A DNA stretch of 64,000 nucleotides from Callorhinchus milii (taxonomy: Eukaryota), in assembly GCF_018977255.1 (NCBI RefSeq), contig NW_024704742.1, forward strand, positions 82,834,001-82,898,000. Reading direction: 5' to 3'. Position 1 is the first letter of the stretch. Every line of letters begins with the position of its first letter. Under the pieces are notes generated by a model. The model saw only the letters and a list, made by a program, of their open reading frames with translations. It was not told the DNA's origin and ran no database searches. The position numbers were made by a program, and so were the translations under genes. This document shows, one piece after another, positions 50,514 through 63,610 of this stretch.

Positions 50514-51259
50514 AAATGCCTGTCAGAAACCTGTTTTAGGAAGTGAAATGGTTAACAAGGCTTTTGACATAGTCAAATTTGAATCTCCTTGGTTGTCCTG
50601 CATGAGTGGGGAAAGAGCAGGGAATTGGGGTTGTTAACATCTAATGGAAGAGCAAGCATTAGCATAAGATTGATGGGCCAAATGGCATCTTCCTGTATTG
50701 TAATTTATATAATTCTATCAGTTTCTGTATGGGGATAACATCAGCACAGTTTGAAATCAGCAAATGAACACAAGAATATTTAATTTATATTAAATATAAA
50801 TGTTTACTTTAAAAAGTATATAAAAATAAATATTGGGTACAATGGAAGCATTGCATTTTCGAAGCAAAGTCCTGTAGTTCGATATTTATTTCTTCAATCC
50901 AGTAGGCAGCGCCTTAACGTTACTAAGAACAGTTAAATTGAACATCATTAGGGCAATAGTCTGCTTATTTGTCTGGCAAGCAGTCAGCCTTGATAACCTC
51001 CGTGTAATGAGTAATGCAGAGGCATCTGCAATCTCTCAATTTATAGCTCTACAGTTGCTTTTAATTCAGTGTCACCCTGCATGTATCAGCCCAATAAAAG
51101 GCATCGCTCTTTGCAACGGCTTTTTAATGGTTAACTTTTTGATCCACCGAGAGACCTTGCCAGCTCCCTAAAGTAACATGGCTGTTATTGTTTTGCACGC
51201 CAGCTGTAAAGATGGTTTTCTTTAAATATCTCAGATGTTTAGATGTATCTCAGATGCTC

Positions 51260-51375
51260 TTTTGCCCACAAATACACAGCCAAATCCACTTTACAGTATA
51301 TTATGTGAAGCGCTTTGAGACATCTCAGCGACGTGATGAGGCGCTATATCAAAATGCGAATGCAAGGATTATTAT
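51260..51375 (+). mobile_element. SINE tail-only copy
   Basis: Starts TTTTGCCCACAAA and ends GCAAGGATTATTAT. Confidence 0.8.
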
Positions 51376-54300
51376 GTACGTTACAACAATGATAAGACTT
51401 GTATTTGATACAGAGACTTGTCAGGTAGAAACGTCTCACGTACCTTTACCCGATGAGTTACTCTGAAGCATAGTGGCTAGCTTTAGGTAGCCAGTAGCTA
51501 AAATGCTCTTTTTTATTGTATATAAAGTAGGTATCTGGCATATTTTTCCTCCCTACTTTTGTTGCAAGATTTCAAGGTTAAAGGTTTCAGCAGATGTGAT
51601 TATTATAGAGCCTGGAGGGATGTGCTGCACTGAAACACAAAATAGTAGCAAATGCCCACAGTCAACAGTAATTTTCTGTCTCACTTGCCTTTGATGCCTT
51701 TTCGTTGCTGTTTGAAGCTGCTACTGGGCCGGTTTCCTCTATTGTTTGATGTGTTATTGTGTTCTTTCTTGTGCAGTTTTAAAAAATAAATAGTTAAATT
51801 TACAATGTTCGCAATTCCTCTCATCTGTCTGTGTTACATATTTAAAGTCCCGCTGTAGTTCGGTGCCAGTGTGAATAACAGCACTATTTGATCATTTATA
51901 TTTCCACTTACAACAACTTTAGAGCTCAAGCACTTTGTGGAGTGAGGGGCAATCAGAATTAAGTGGTGGGACAGTTCTCACATGGTCGACAGGAATATTC
52001 TGCATGCAATAAAACCCTGTTCACATACAAAATGCACTGTCTTTTAATACCCTTTAATCCGGTGAAGTACTTTGAGACACCGTCCCTACTTTGTGTATGA
52101 AATGCAAGGTTTATTATCCTTATATTATTGTTACATTATAACATGCTTCATTATAACGAGGGTTCAGACATTGGATTGTAGACGGTGACATTTTCTCACC
52201 GTAAAATCCCAAATTCACGACACCGTTTCAACCAGATCTGATATAAGTGCAAATTATCTTTGTTGTTATTGTTGTCGTTCGAAACAAGTCAGCGCAACTA
52301 CATGATTTGAAGCCCACTCAATGTGTTCCGATGGAGCTGGACAGATTATATGTGATCGGTGACGTTATAGTGCGCAACATTGTAGTTCAGTTGTAGTTTA
52401 AGGCAGCTGTTCTTGATAGTGCCCTGTTATAACGCAGGTTGTAATTTTTTGCCCTCTCCTCAACTAACACCTGCGATTCCATTGTATTTTTAGTCACCTG
52501 AAATTGTTACATGGCGCTCCATGTTTTAAATTATGGCTTTAATGGAATAGTCATTATTCAGTCACCCCCAGGAGATAGAGCCTGAGGTTGCAACTTTCAC
52601 AAATCGGTAGGTTCTGCGTGCACTGGGGTGTTGTGGGCTCGCTGATCTGAATGGACTTTTGTGTCATGTAACAAAACAGATTGATGTTGTGAACGAAGGA
52701 TAACAGGGAGGGTGGGTATTCTGGAGAGTTGAGTTCAAATGGGCCCAACGGCCTTCTTCAATCTTGCAATCTTGTAATCCTCATTTCATATTGCTCAGAT
52801 AGATCTGTTGATCTCAGTTTCCCAATAAAGTGATTGTTCCTTCAGAACAAAAACACAAAACAGGAGGCAACTCATCCACTCACAATACCTTCACACACCT
52901 CATCTTATGCTAAGCGCTAGTAATTGCATTCACTGATCAACCCGCAAATAGCTCAAGCTCTTCCAGGCTTAAGTGCTACATTATCTGTGTTCAAGAGAAT
53001 CCTGGAAAACTATTATTCTGTTTGTCGGTGCATTTGCAATGCTGTCCCTTCTGCTGCTGGAGATGAACGCACCCCAGTCAAAGGGTTGAAAAGGTAACAA
53101 CATACGTTCACGGGAGTTGAGAAGGTAAAATAAAAAGGAAAAAATCAGGTAGTACAAGGGATGGTAAACACAAGGTATATTTCACAGTAGTGTATTTCTG
53201 TGTGTTATTGTCAGTTTCTGTAATGCTGCAGTTCTTTACCAGAGGTACTTCAGAGTGGAAGAGACAACTTAAATATTTTGGGGATGTGGGACACGGGCAT
53301 GAGGTGGGGGTGGAGGGAAGGGTATGGTGTAGAAGAGCAGACCCAGCCGCCCGCACTCACAGTCTCGTAAACTTGTGTGATATCGGTATGAACGTGGGGA
53401 CAGGGTTTTGGCTCCAGTTATTGTTGCATTGGCTCCAGGTGTAGATGCTTTTATATAAAATTCATTGTTGTTCAGAGCTCCCGCACGGATGGAGAATCCT
53501 GATATGTTGACAGCCCTTATTATAACGCATGTTTTTGAATAGTTCTCAGGAACGTCATAGAGATGTACATCACAAACCTTTCTGAAGTATCTTACACTGT
53601 TGTGCACCACCAGATTGATTGAAATACTCTGTACAAGCCCCCAAGTCTTCTGCTGAGCACTGGAACGCATTGGGTTGCTATCCGTATCTGTTCTTATTCC
53701 ATATGGTCCTGGAGTCCTGACTAACAGCTTGAGAAACCTGCTGTAGTGTTTGTTTAGTTTTCCATGGGAACCTCATAGAAAAAGTGAGCCTGTAACTTTA
53801 TACAGATTTTAAGTTGCTGTAAAAGGTCACGGTGTTTATTCCTCGTTAAGCTGTGAGCGAACATGATAGTTTTCCGAACAGTGGGAAAGCTTTGTGCGCC
53901 GTAAGTAGCTGATTGAATTTGCTGAGCGAACGCTGGGCGGACGTTTTTTTGGCCATGAAAATGTTTAATTAAAAGTGCTTGTTTCCTGCATATTGAATGA
54001 ACAGACAATAATATCAGTGTCACTGTAAAATGAAACTGTCTACTTATCTTGAGACGTTACCTTAGTGAAAAGTGCTATGTAAATGCAAGTTCTTGTTGCT
54101 TGCATTGTCTAAGCAATCACTATCAATTCCTCTTCAACACGTCAGACTTTATAGTTTTAAAAACAATCACTTCTCAATAGGATTATTTAATAGTGGTTCA
54201 CAATTCCAGTTTTACAGTTGGATCCCCACTTACTACATACCAGAACCAAACAAACCTGCAGAGTTCTTGCCAACCTGCACTGAAACACAGGGATATTGCT

Positions 54301-54842
54301 GTGGGATATTGCTGTGTGCAAATTTATCTACAAACTACCCAGTCACTAACTTCACAGTGAATCCTGTGAAGGGCTTCCTGACATTCAGTGCACTATATCA
54401 AATATAAGTCTTATACTTATTTATTATTATAAAATCTGCAGGATTAGGTAAGTAGGGTGTGCTCCCCTATATCCAGACTTAAACCACACATATGTAGGAA
54501 TCTCAGTCATTTGGATAATTTTAAGCATGGTGCTGGTTTTCCATATGCCTTGGAATTACCTGGCTCTTAGTGTGCTGCAGATCGATCTGAAAGATAGAAC
54601 TATAATTGAGGTCTAAAGTTTTTTTTACCATGACTACATAAAGCACCTGCTAATTGTTAAAGCATTTTACCTCCTGTACTTTCACGGTTTTGCTCCAGTG
54701 AAACTTTTATTTGTAAACAGGATGGTGCGGAGTCAGATAATAAAGGGTAATGGAATGGCAAAGGGTGTATAGGTTTAGTGGGGGAACTAACGTCCGCACA
54801 GACACCATTGGCTAAATTGTCTCCTGTGTTGTAAACTTTATT

Positions 54843-55078
54843 GTCCTGAAATTGCAACCATAATTTAACCTATAACAGCGTTTTTGTCTTAAAATTTAAG
54901 GTAATGGCAGAATTGCGGAAAATTCATTTGGAAGCTGGTTCTTTGCTTTTAAGAGATGCAGAAAAGCTTCTTCTAAAGTTAGACTGGATGTAATTTAAGA
55001 GTTTCTGACCATCTGCACCATCTAAAATTTGAGGGCAAAAATGGTCTCGCAGGCTAAGATTAGGTGGAATTTCGGACC
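54843..55078. mobile_element. Palindromic MITE, best-preserved copy (236 bp)
   Basis: GTCCTGAAATTGCAACC...TTTTTGTCTTAAAATTT pairs imperfectly with AAAATTTGAGGGCAAAAA...AGGCTAAGATTAGGTGGAATTTCGGACC. Confidence 0.8.
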
Positions 55079-55327
55079 TCATATGTTTCTGTGATGCTAA
55101 TCTAGAAAACATTGTGTGGCCGAGATAGATCAGCAGAGATGAAACGATATGCCGAGGATGGATACTGAATAGAATGGAGTGTCCCAACACAATTTTTTTA
55201 CTTATGAATTGAAAGTTCTTATGAATGGCTTCTGAGCACATCCAGGTTAAGAATCGGCCTAATAGAATAATTTAAAGAGTCTGTGACAGTTCTATGGAAA
55301 TCGGATACCTTTCTTAACAGTGTACTA

Positions 55328-55669
55328 GACTCAAGCCCCAGTCAGTCAGGTACAGCATTAACAGGCGCAGCAGAGTAAAACTCCCTCTGTCTGTCCCTCT
55401 GATGTGGGACAGACATCCCTAAACAGAGAAGGGATGTCTTCCTTCCCCCCCTACACAGACTCGTACATATACAGTAACTCTTACACCAGGAATCCTTCTA
55501 AACTGCTCTGAAAGAGATTGACAATGTAAATGTTCATTTGAGGCTGAATATCACAGGATCATTTTGCATACGACCCTTATACCCAGAGGTCAGAGGAGAC
55601 ATTCCTTCAATCAATCTTGGCGGGAATCTAACCCAGAGGTGACAGGTCAATGCGTTAACGCACTACACC
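55328..55669 (-). mobile_element. LF-SINE-like ancient SINE
   Basis: Reverse complement has a tRNA-like head (GGTGTAGTGCGTTAACGCATTGACCTGTCACCTCTGGGTTAGATTCCCGCC) and a 3' block (GGGACAGACAGAGGGAGTTTTACTCTG...TGCTGTACCTG) resembling LF-SINE as I recall it. Confidence 0.55.
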
Positions 55670-55889
55670 TTCTTCCCCCTTCCCCCCCCAGTCTCTCACC
55701 TCTTCTGCATTAAGCTTTTAATCAGCGCTTGTCCACTTTGCTCAGGTTTGCCATAAATTCTGCAGCATTGCTCCTGTCGCTTCACAGGTTGACTGACAGC
55801 TCCAAACTCAAACCAAAGGAAAAAACCTGGTAAACCTTGTAGAACCGCATCTCGTTAACAGAATGCAATTGTCTTTTTCCTCTTTTAAG

Positions 55890-55902
55890 AACTATGTTGG
55901 AA
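55890..55902 (+). other. Candidate 13-nt microexon, or end of a first exon, encoding M-L-E
   Basis: TCTTTTTCCTCTTTTAAG|AACTATGTTGGAA|GTAAGT: pyrimidine tract, perfect intronic donor hexamer, ATG with A at -3, phase 0. Confidence 0.35.
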
Positions 55903-56724
55903 GTAAGTTCATTTTTTAGATGCCTGAGACAATACAGAAATCATTAGAATTCTGGCTAGTTGAAATGACTGGAGTTCATGTTTTGCTGTGCGTTTTGAGC
56001 ATTGTCAAAACATATGAAAATGCTTATTACTGCAGATGTGCCTAGGTTCGGTTATCAGTATTAACGAAGCAGGGGGCCGTATCAACTGAAAAGCTTTTAT
56101 GAATAAAGCATCAATTGCACTGCCTGCAGTGATTATTGTTATTGTTCTATGAATCCACTGCCTTAATAACTAGTTTGATGCAATCCAAATATCATCTTTC
56201 TGTAAGTGGTGGGACACAGTTATGAATTAGCGAGTGAATCACTGTAGACCAAGATTGCGTAGGAGACATAGCAGTCTGGTAAATGTTCTACGATGGCTGT
56301 ATTTCACTCATTTTGTGTGCACGGGGTGGACATGGAGCATTAACTCGTTGTGACACCAACAGAACAGGAAACCCCAGGCAAAGAGCATCAGATAGGGTGT
56401 GGTTGAGCAAGTAAAAGGCAGACTTTTCACTGCTCCAAGTCATTCTTCTGCATTTCTGTTGGTTGGATATGGAGTAGCTGCTTGTTTCCCTGAACTAAAT
56501 GGAATTGACTCCTTTTTCCTTCTGCTAATTGAGGACAAGAGCAAGATGAGGGATTTATCCAACACAACAAGGTCACAACATGATCTTCAAGTTAGAACTA
56601 AGCCGATTCAAAGTGAGATCAGAGGAAACCTTTCTACAACCAAAGGGTAGCTTCAAGATTCTCATCCTTCTCCTCAAATCTCTTCATGAACTTGCCCTAT
56701 CCTACCTCTGCAACCTTAATCTGT

Positions 56725-57084
56725 GGAGTCCTGTAGCTCAGTGATAAGAGCACTCGCCTCACAAGCGAGAGACCTGGGTTCGATTCCCCACAGGGCGAAA
56801 TGTTGGGTAACTTTCCTTACTCCACACGCCTCTGTTTACCTAGCAGTAAGTAGGAACCTATTTGTTAGTCGATTGGTAGATTGCTTTTCTGGGAGTAATA
56901 ATTCCTTCAAAAAAATAATAATAATAAATTGGTCACTCAACCATGACTGGTTGTGAGACCCTGCCACGTTTCGCCCACAAAATACACAGTCAATTCACTT
57001 GACAGTATATTCTGTGAAGCGCTTTGAGATGTCTCAAAGACGTGATAAGATGCTTTATCAAATGCAAGAATTGTTATTATTATT
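56725..57084 (+). mobile_element. Young tRNA-derived SINE, long form, full length
   Basis: GGAGTCCTGTAGCTCAG head, CORE-like block, tail; ~20-nt internal deletion in the Deu block. Confidence 0.9.
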
Positions 57085-57304
57085 CAGCCCACTTCTTTGT
57101 CTATACCCTAACCCCCTCCGCTCTCATCATCAATGACTACTATACCCATGGTTTCTCCAGAAAATGTTCTCAAAATCCCTTTGCCTTGCTCCTTTTCTCC
57201 TGGTTTGCGAAACATGCATCAAACCTGGCTCGTTGGCAGTGCCTTTATTCCACAGAGTCAATCTCCCTTCTTCCCACCTTGCACACCATTATATTAAAGT
57301 GGAT

Positions 57305-57468
57305 ATAATAATAATAATAATCCTTGCATTTGATATATCACTTTTCATGTCTTCTAGATGTCTCAAAGCGCTTCACAGAATATACTGTAAAGTGAATTGA
57401 CTGCATATTTGTGGGCAAAACACGGCAGTCTCACAAACAGTCATGGATTGAGTGACCAATTTATTATT
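57305..57468 (-). mobile_element. Young SINE 3' half
   Basis: Reverse-complement tail carrying the same internal deletion as 56725-57084. Confidence 0.88.
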
Positions 57469-58267
57469 AAAGAGGTTATAATAATAATGATAATAATCCT
57501 TGCATTTGATATAGGTAGGGAAATGAGATTAAAGGGAACTGTGATGATCTATTAAAAGGTCAAAATAATCCGGCTCAATGTCTTGCTCCTGTTCCCATCT
57601 TCCTAAACTCAGTTGTGGTAACCTATACTGTTGAAGACCCAGTAAATACTCATTGTTTGTTTGACATTGAAATGGGAAGAGACTAGAGTATGAGTGGAGG
57701 AGGGCGTGATTAAGATAGTTGGATGCTCAAGTGGAATATAAACCCTGGCATGGGCTATTTCGGCTGAATGGCCTATTCTGATGCTGTAGATTCTATGTAT
57801 CTACCAGGGCTTCCATTTGCTGTGGTATAAAACTGGAGTGTGAGTCATTACATTCAGGAGAGGAGGGATAAAGGAAGAAAATAAGAGGAAAGATTGAGTA
57901 GAAAAACCATAACCAGTTACTCCCATTGAAAACTTTTTGAGGTCCAGACCACAATTTTTGTGCCATAAGCCTTATTTTTGATGACTAACCGCAGAAACTA
58001 AACTGTATTTTAGTGGCCAATAATAATATGTTTTGGGGAGTGATGTGTAATATTTGTGTGTTTGGAAAAAAATAGAATTTTTGATTAAAAAAATGAATTT
58101 CCATTATCAGCTCATTTTTTTTTAACTGGGAGTATTTGACTCCAACAAATAACAGTTCAGGATTCAAGTCAGGTTGCATGGTGGTGCCAAACTTGTTTAC
58201 GCTTTATGATAAGTGAGTAGGGAACTAGTAACAGCCAAATTATCATTTTTTCACCACTCTAGGATTG

Positions 58268-58557
58268 ACTTTGAGCTCACACTCATTCCAGCACAGTCCT
58301 GGGGGAGCTCTACAATGTTGGCTGTATCATCTTTTGGATGAGATGCTAAAACCAGGGGCCCATCTGCCTGTTCAGTTTGTTGATTGAGATGCCATGACAC
58401 TATTTGAAAAGAGAAGTTTCTCCTACTGCCCTAGCCAGCAATCTACCCCAGATAACCTACAACTACACAGTCATAACACTTTGCAGCCATTCCCTGTAGC
58501 CATAGCCCTTTGGGACATTTCAACATAGACCCTATATCAAATGCAAGGATTATTATT
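58268..58557 (+). mobile_element. Deu-core SINE lacking head
   Basis: Core (TTTTGGATGAGATGCTAAAACCAGGGGCCCATCTGCC) and tail. Confidence 0.8.
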
Positions 58558-59744
58558 TAAGTGTATTAATGTCCAAAGTAATGACTAAATTGAGGCCTTC
58601 ATGAACTTTCCAATCCTGCCATAAATGTGCATATAATGTTATTCATAGAGACTTAAGCTACTGCCTGCCGTTGTCTGGATGACATTTAACAAAAGATCTG
58701 AGAAATGTTGCGGTATCCTAATTAAGTCTTATCTCCTTTTCATTTAATTTTCATTAAAAAAAACTACAATCCCCCTGTAACAAGATTTGGATGACCCGTT
58801 AGAAAAACAGAACCGGAGTCTTATGTAATGCTTTTGATTAATATGTGGATCGTCATTTTAATAAAATTAAAAACTGCATTAGGGGTGTGAAAAGATGCAC
58901 TGTGATGTGTGTGTGCATTTTATGTGGATTCTATTTTGCCCAGTAAAGTCTCCAGACGGAATGCTGTCTGTCTGAAGGACCCTGTGATTTATTGTGCAAA
59001 GTAAAAGACAAAGGTATTGATTCTTTGTATAGAGTACCATCATTCATTCACTTCATAAAAGTAAATAAATGTTTATTAACTTTAGTCTGACTTCCATCCT
59101 ATCAGCCCAGTTTTTGGATAGACACAGTGACTTGTCATGTACTGGATTGCTGCACTTTATTACATGAAGTAGCCTTTTACCTCATGTTGACGTGACAATT
59201 ATATTCCTCTGCCTCGTCTTGTATTTGTGCACCAGGAGCTCACACAAAGTTCATTCCAGAGAACGAAAAGAACAAAGTTTAAGGAAACGCTCCCTGAAAT
59301 GATGACTCTTGGATGGTAGCTGCTAGGTTTTATTTGTTCTTTGTTTCTCAGTTCAGATGGAGGGTATTTCAACAGTAAGACCTAATGAATCACGGTCAAC
59401 AGTTGTGTATATGTGGAATACACTGAGAACAAAAGCAGTCAAAGGTGCATCTATTGTGCCGTTCCAAAAAATAACTGGGTGGGTATCTGTGTGGGAATGA
59501 GGGTCAGAGGTTATTTGGATAGGTGCTAACTGAGATAGAACAAGGACGTCAAGGTGACAGTACATCGTTGATGTTTGGGACAGGAATGGGGGTGGGTGGG
59601 TGAATATCTGTAGAGGGAGTAGTACAGTTGGAACAGGAGTAAAAGCAAAGGCTGCTTTAAGATGGACAAGACTGAAAGGAGGATTGGAGGTTTCCCAATT
59701 TGCATTACTTGGCTGTGCTGCCTTTCATGCAGCTTGTACATATT

Positions 59745-60075
59745 ATAATAATATAATAATAATAATCCTTGCATTTGATATAGCGCTTTTCACGTCAGGA
59801 GGACGTCCCAAAGCGCTTCACAGAACACACTGTAAAGTGAATTGACTGTATATTTGTGGGCGAACGCGGCAGCCAATTGCGCACAGCAATGTCCCACAAA
59901 CAGTCGTAGATTGAAAATGACCAATTTAATTATTGTTTTTGGTTTTTTGGAGGGATTATTATTAGGCGTGTGGAGTAAGGAAACTTGCCCAAGGTTTCGC
60001 CCTGACCTGCCTGGAATTGAACTCAGGTCTCTCACTTGCAAAGCGAGTGCTCTAACCACTGAGCTACAGGACTCC
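59745..60075 (-). mobile_element. Young tRNA-Ala-derived SINE, short form, full length
   Basis: Highly similar reverse complement of 49547-49863. Confidence 0.92.
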
Positions 60076-61799
60076 AAGATATTCTTGATCAATTGTTTTA
60101 GGAGTGCCAAACACAAAAAATAATATTTAAAGCACTCCGAGATGCTACCCTGCATGAAGGGCGCTATGTAAATTCAAGTTGTTGTTGTTTATTTAACTAA
60201 ATAGTAAGCTCTTCTAACTCTATGTACATCCATAACCTTTTCACTAGGTTTTTCTTATGCTTGTGTCGGGATAAAGACCATTTCAGCTGTTCTGTTATTG
60301 AATTGAAAGGCACATCATTTCAGGAAGACTGGGTTTGGTGACTGAGACAGACAGTCTGCTGAATAGTACCCTGGGCAGTAACCAGCTACGTATGGCAAGA
60401 AGAGGAATAGAAAGGCAGAAATACTATAGAAAGAGAAATGTCTAGCATCCTGCAGTCTGATTTGTCTCCTCTCTGATTGTCACAAGTGATAATACATGAA
60501 TCCTTCAGATCTTGTGGAAAGGTATCTTTATGTCAGTTTGGTTGTAAAATCAGAAGCAAGCAACCTACTTGCACTGTCTGAGTGAGCTTGTCAATCTCTG
60601 CTGGCTTTCCGTCAGGTCCTAGGGCTGCTATCCTTCATCTCACCTGTTGCCTTGAGTAATTTTTCTCTAGGTGGCGGATGGTTGAGATTGCCCTGCTTGT
60701 CCAATATTTTCAGTGCTTTCTGCTTTTCTATCGGAAGGTATGATCAGCAGATCTTTGAAATATTTCAGTGCATTGAAGCAGGGATTCTTCTCACTCAGCT
60801 CCTGGTAACTCTACGAGACAAAGCCCTAGCAGGAAGGGTGGTTTTAGCCAGATGAGCTGCAGGATGTTTGCCAAACAGTGATCTCATTGGCAAGCTACGT
60901 GTCTTTAGTTGGTTAAACTCCAGCAGTACCCCAATGCATACTCCAGGGTCCCCAGGCCTTGGCTCTTGCCAACCTGCACCTAATATTCTGCAGAATCCCT
61001 CCAGGGAGAGAGTGCACATTCCATTTCAGACACAGGGAAATATCCATGTCTAGGTGGTGTATATATGTGGAACTCTCAGTCTGGTTTGGGTATTTTAAGC
61101 ATGGTGATGGTATGTATTAGACACACTGACCAAAAATAAATTCAAGTGATGGACAATTTTGGAATTCTGTGTAAAACAGTTTCCATATGTGGTTCTTAAA
61201 GGAACAGATCTATAGCCCGATCTATACGCTTACTTAAATGCGTTGTATAAGATCAGAAAATCTCTCTTATTTTCAAGTGAGTGGATGTCCTCTGCCATTT
61301 TGTATGAAACTTTAAAGTAAATGTATAGACAATGTCTCTCTTTATTTGCTCCATTAAGGACCAAGGGAAGTATAAGATTCTTCTCTGCCTTCCTACCACA
61401 GGACTCATTTTGAACTTCACGGAGTCTGTGTTTCATCTGGTTGAGTAAAGACTTGGACCCTGGTTTCAAGTCTTGAGAATTTATTATCTAACCAGCAGAG
61501 ATGTGCTGTTCTCTTGTGTCCAGCGCTGTTGTTTTAAACCTTCTATTTGAAACTATCTAACTCAGCTTTAATGCCCCTGAGCTTTGGTGCCTGATTGTGA
61601 CAATAATGATGGCTTTTCACTCAGATTCTGAGAGAATTTTGAATTGTGAGATCCTAATGTTGCTTCACAGTCAGTGTCTTTAGAGACTTGCCACTTTGTT
61701 TAAGATAAGTAAGCGATAAGACAGCTCTCTTAGTATTAAATGGCGTCTGTCTGTCCAGTGCTCGGTTGCTCTCAGAGCTCTGGTTAATTGAACATCTTG

Positions 61800-62050
61800 A
61801 ATAATAATAATAATAATAATCCTTGCATTTGATATAGCTTCTTATCACGTGATCGAGACATCTGAAAGTCTGAAAATCTGAAAGCTTCACAGAATATACT
61901 GTAAAGTGAATTGACTGTATATTTGTGGGCGAAACGCGGCAGCCAATTGCACACAACAGTGTCCCACAAACAGTCATGGATTGAAGTGACCAATTTATTA
62001 TTTTTTTTCCTTGAGGGATTATTATCATTATTTTTATTATCATTATTATT
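61800..62050 (-). mobile_element. Young SINE 3' half
   Basis: (AAT)n tail, Deu 3' block, short internal TCTGAAA repeat expansion. Confidence 0.85.
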
Positions 62051-62195
62051 ATTTTTCCTTGAGGGAATATAACATTGGGGTATGATGATATAATGGCAGC
62101 CCTTAAAACAGGGGCCATCTATGTTGTTTTGTACTTTTTTGGCAATCTGAATATAGTAGTGGCGTAACTTCCACATTGAGGTTTTGATCTCATAG

Positions 62196-62507
62196 CCATT
62201 GCAGCGATGGAGTGCTGCATTATCTGAGATGCTATGTGTTCGATGAGATGATTGTTCAAGTGGATGTTAGTGAGCCCATGGTAGTTTCCAGAACCAGAAA
62301 GGGAGTTTCGCCCTGTGTTCTGGCCAACAATCCTCCAGAAAAATGACTTGTTCACCTCCTGGCTAATTGAGGGGATATTGCTGTGCACAAATTGCTTGCT
62401 GGCATGTCCGTCGACAAAGAGACAGTCACTACATTTAAGAGTAATTACTATAAAGCTCTTTGAGGTATAAAAAGGAACTATATCAAATACAATGATTATT
62501 ATTATTA
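62196..62507 (+). mobile_element. Deu-core SINE lacking head, decayed
   Basis: Core and tail. Confidence 0.75.
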
Positions 62508-63179
62508 TAAGTTGATCTGTCAGTGTTCAGTGGTATGGTGAAAGGGCGGGGCATTGGGATTGGAAGATTGGCCAAAATCTAATAAACTGGTGGAACGGGA
62601 TTGATGGGCTGAATGGCCTCTTCCGGTTCCTGTCTTCCTATATTCCCAAAATGGCACTCGACTTTTATGTTCCCTCCAGTTGATAGATTGTCAACACTGA
62701 TTGTCTGGGCTCGCATATGAAGAACGACAACTGATGCCTGTGGCACTGTGTGTTAGTGTGAGTCAGCACGTTAGAAGTGCTGATACTGGATACATATTTA
62801 ATTTTTACTCCCTTACAACCACATACAATGAGGCGGCTTAGCACAAGAAAGGGATTCTTTTATGAACATAACAAAGACCCGAGGGAACATTTTTATTTTT
62901 TTCTCTTTATTTTTTGTGTGATGGCATGAGGTGATGAGGGGAGGAGGAAAAGATAATTTTATTTAAAAAAAAAGTGACACCACGTGGCTTCTATCAATAC
63001 TTTTGTCAGTTCCACCCTAATCCCTGAACTGCTGCTGTCTTCAGGAACTGTTTGTGGCTCAGAATGGGATGTTGGGGAAACCTAGTAGATGTGATGAGTA
63101 GCACCGAACAATATCTTGAAAAGATACCTTGCTCTGTCACTTGGCAAGAGAATGGTGTGTGTGTGTGGGGAAAAGAAAA

Positions 63180-63610
63180 TGTGCTTGTGTGCAATTGGCT
63201 GCTACCTTTTGCCCACAAAATACACAGTCAATTCACTTTGCAGTATATCCTGTGAAGGGCTTTGAGACATCTCAATGACGTGATAAGGCGTTATATCAAA
63301 TGCAAGGGTTATTATTATTAAAGAGAGAAAGCTATCATAATATTAATTGTAACAATCATCATGTTTGGAAAAGCACCTATAATATCAAAACATCGGTAAA
63401 GTTTAGTGACTGTATTTATGAGTGAACACGGCAACAAATTTGCATGCAGCAATGTCCTACAAAAAATAATGGAGCAAATGACCAATTTACACAGAGGATT
63501 GTTGGCCAGGAAACCAGGAGAAACTCCCATCTCTATTTGAATAGTGCTGAGGGATCTTTAATATCCACCTGAACAGGCACAGATGGGGTCTTGGTTTATT
63601 GTCTTGATGT
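63180..63610. mobile_element. SINE fragments tail-to-tail (plus 63180-63318, minus ~63380-63610)
   Basis: Plus-strand tail followed by a reverse-complement Deu core. Confidence 0.8.

Noticed and set aside
53269..53670. 133-aa minus-strand ORF
   Set aside because: No recognisable domain and no supporting splice structure.
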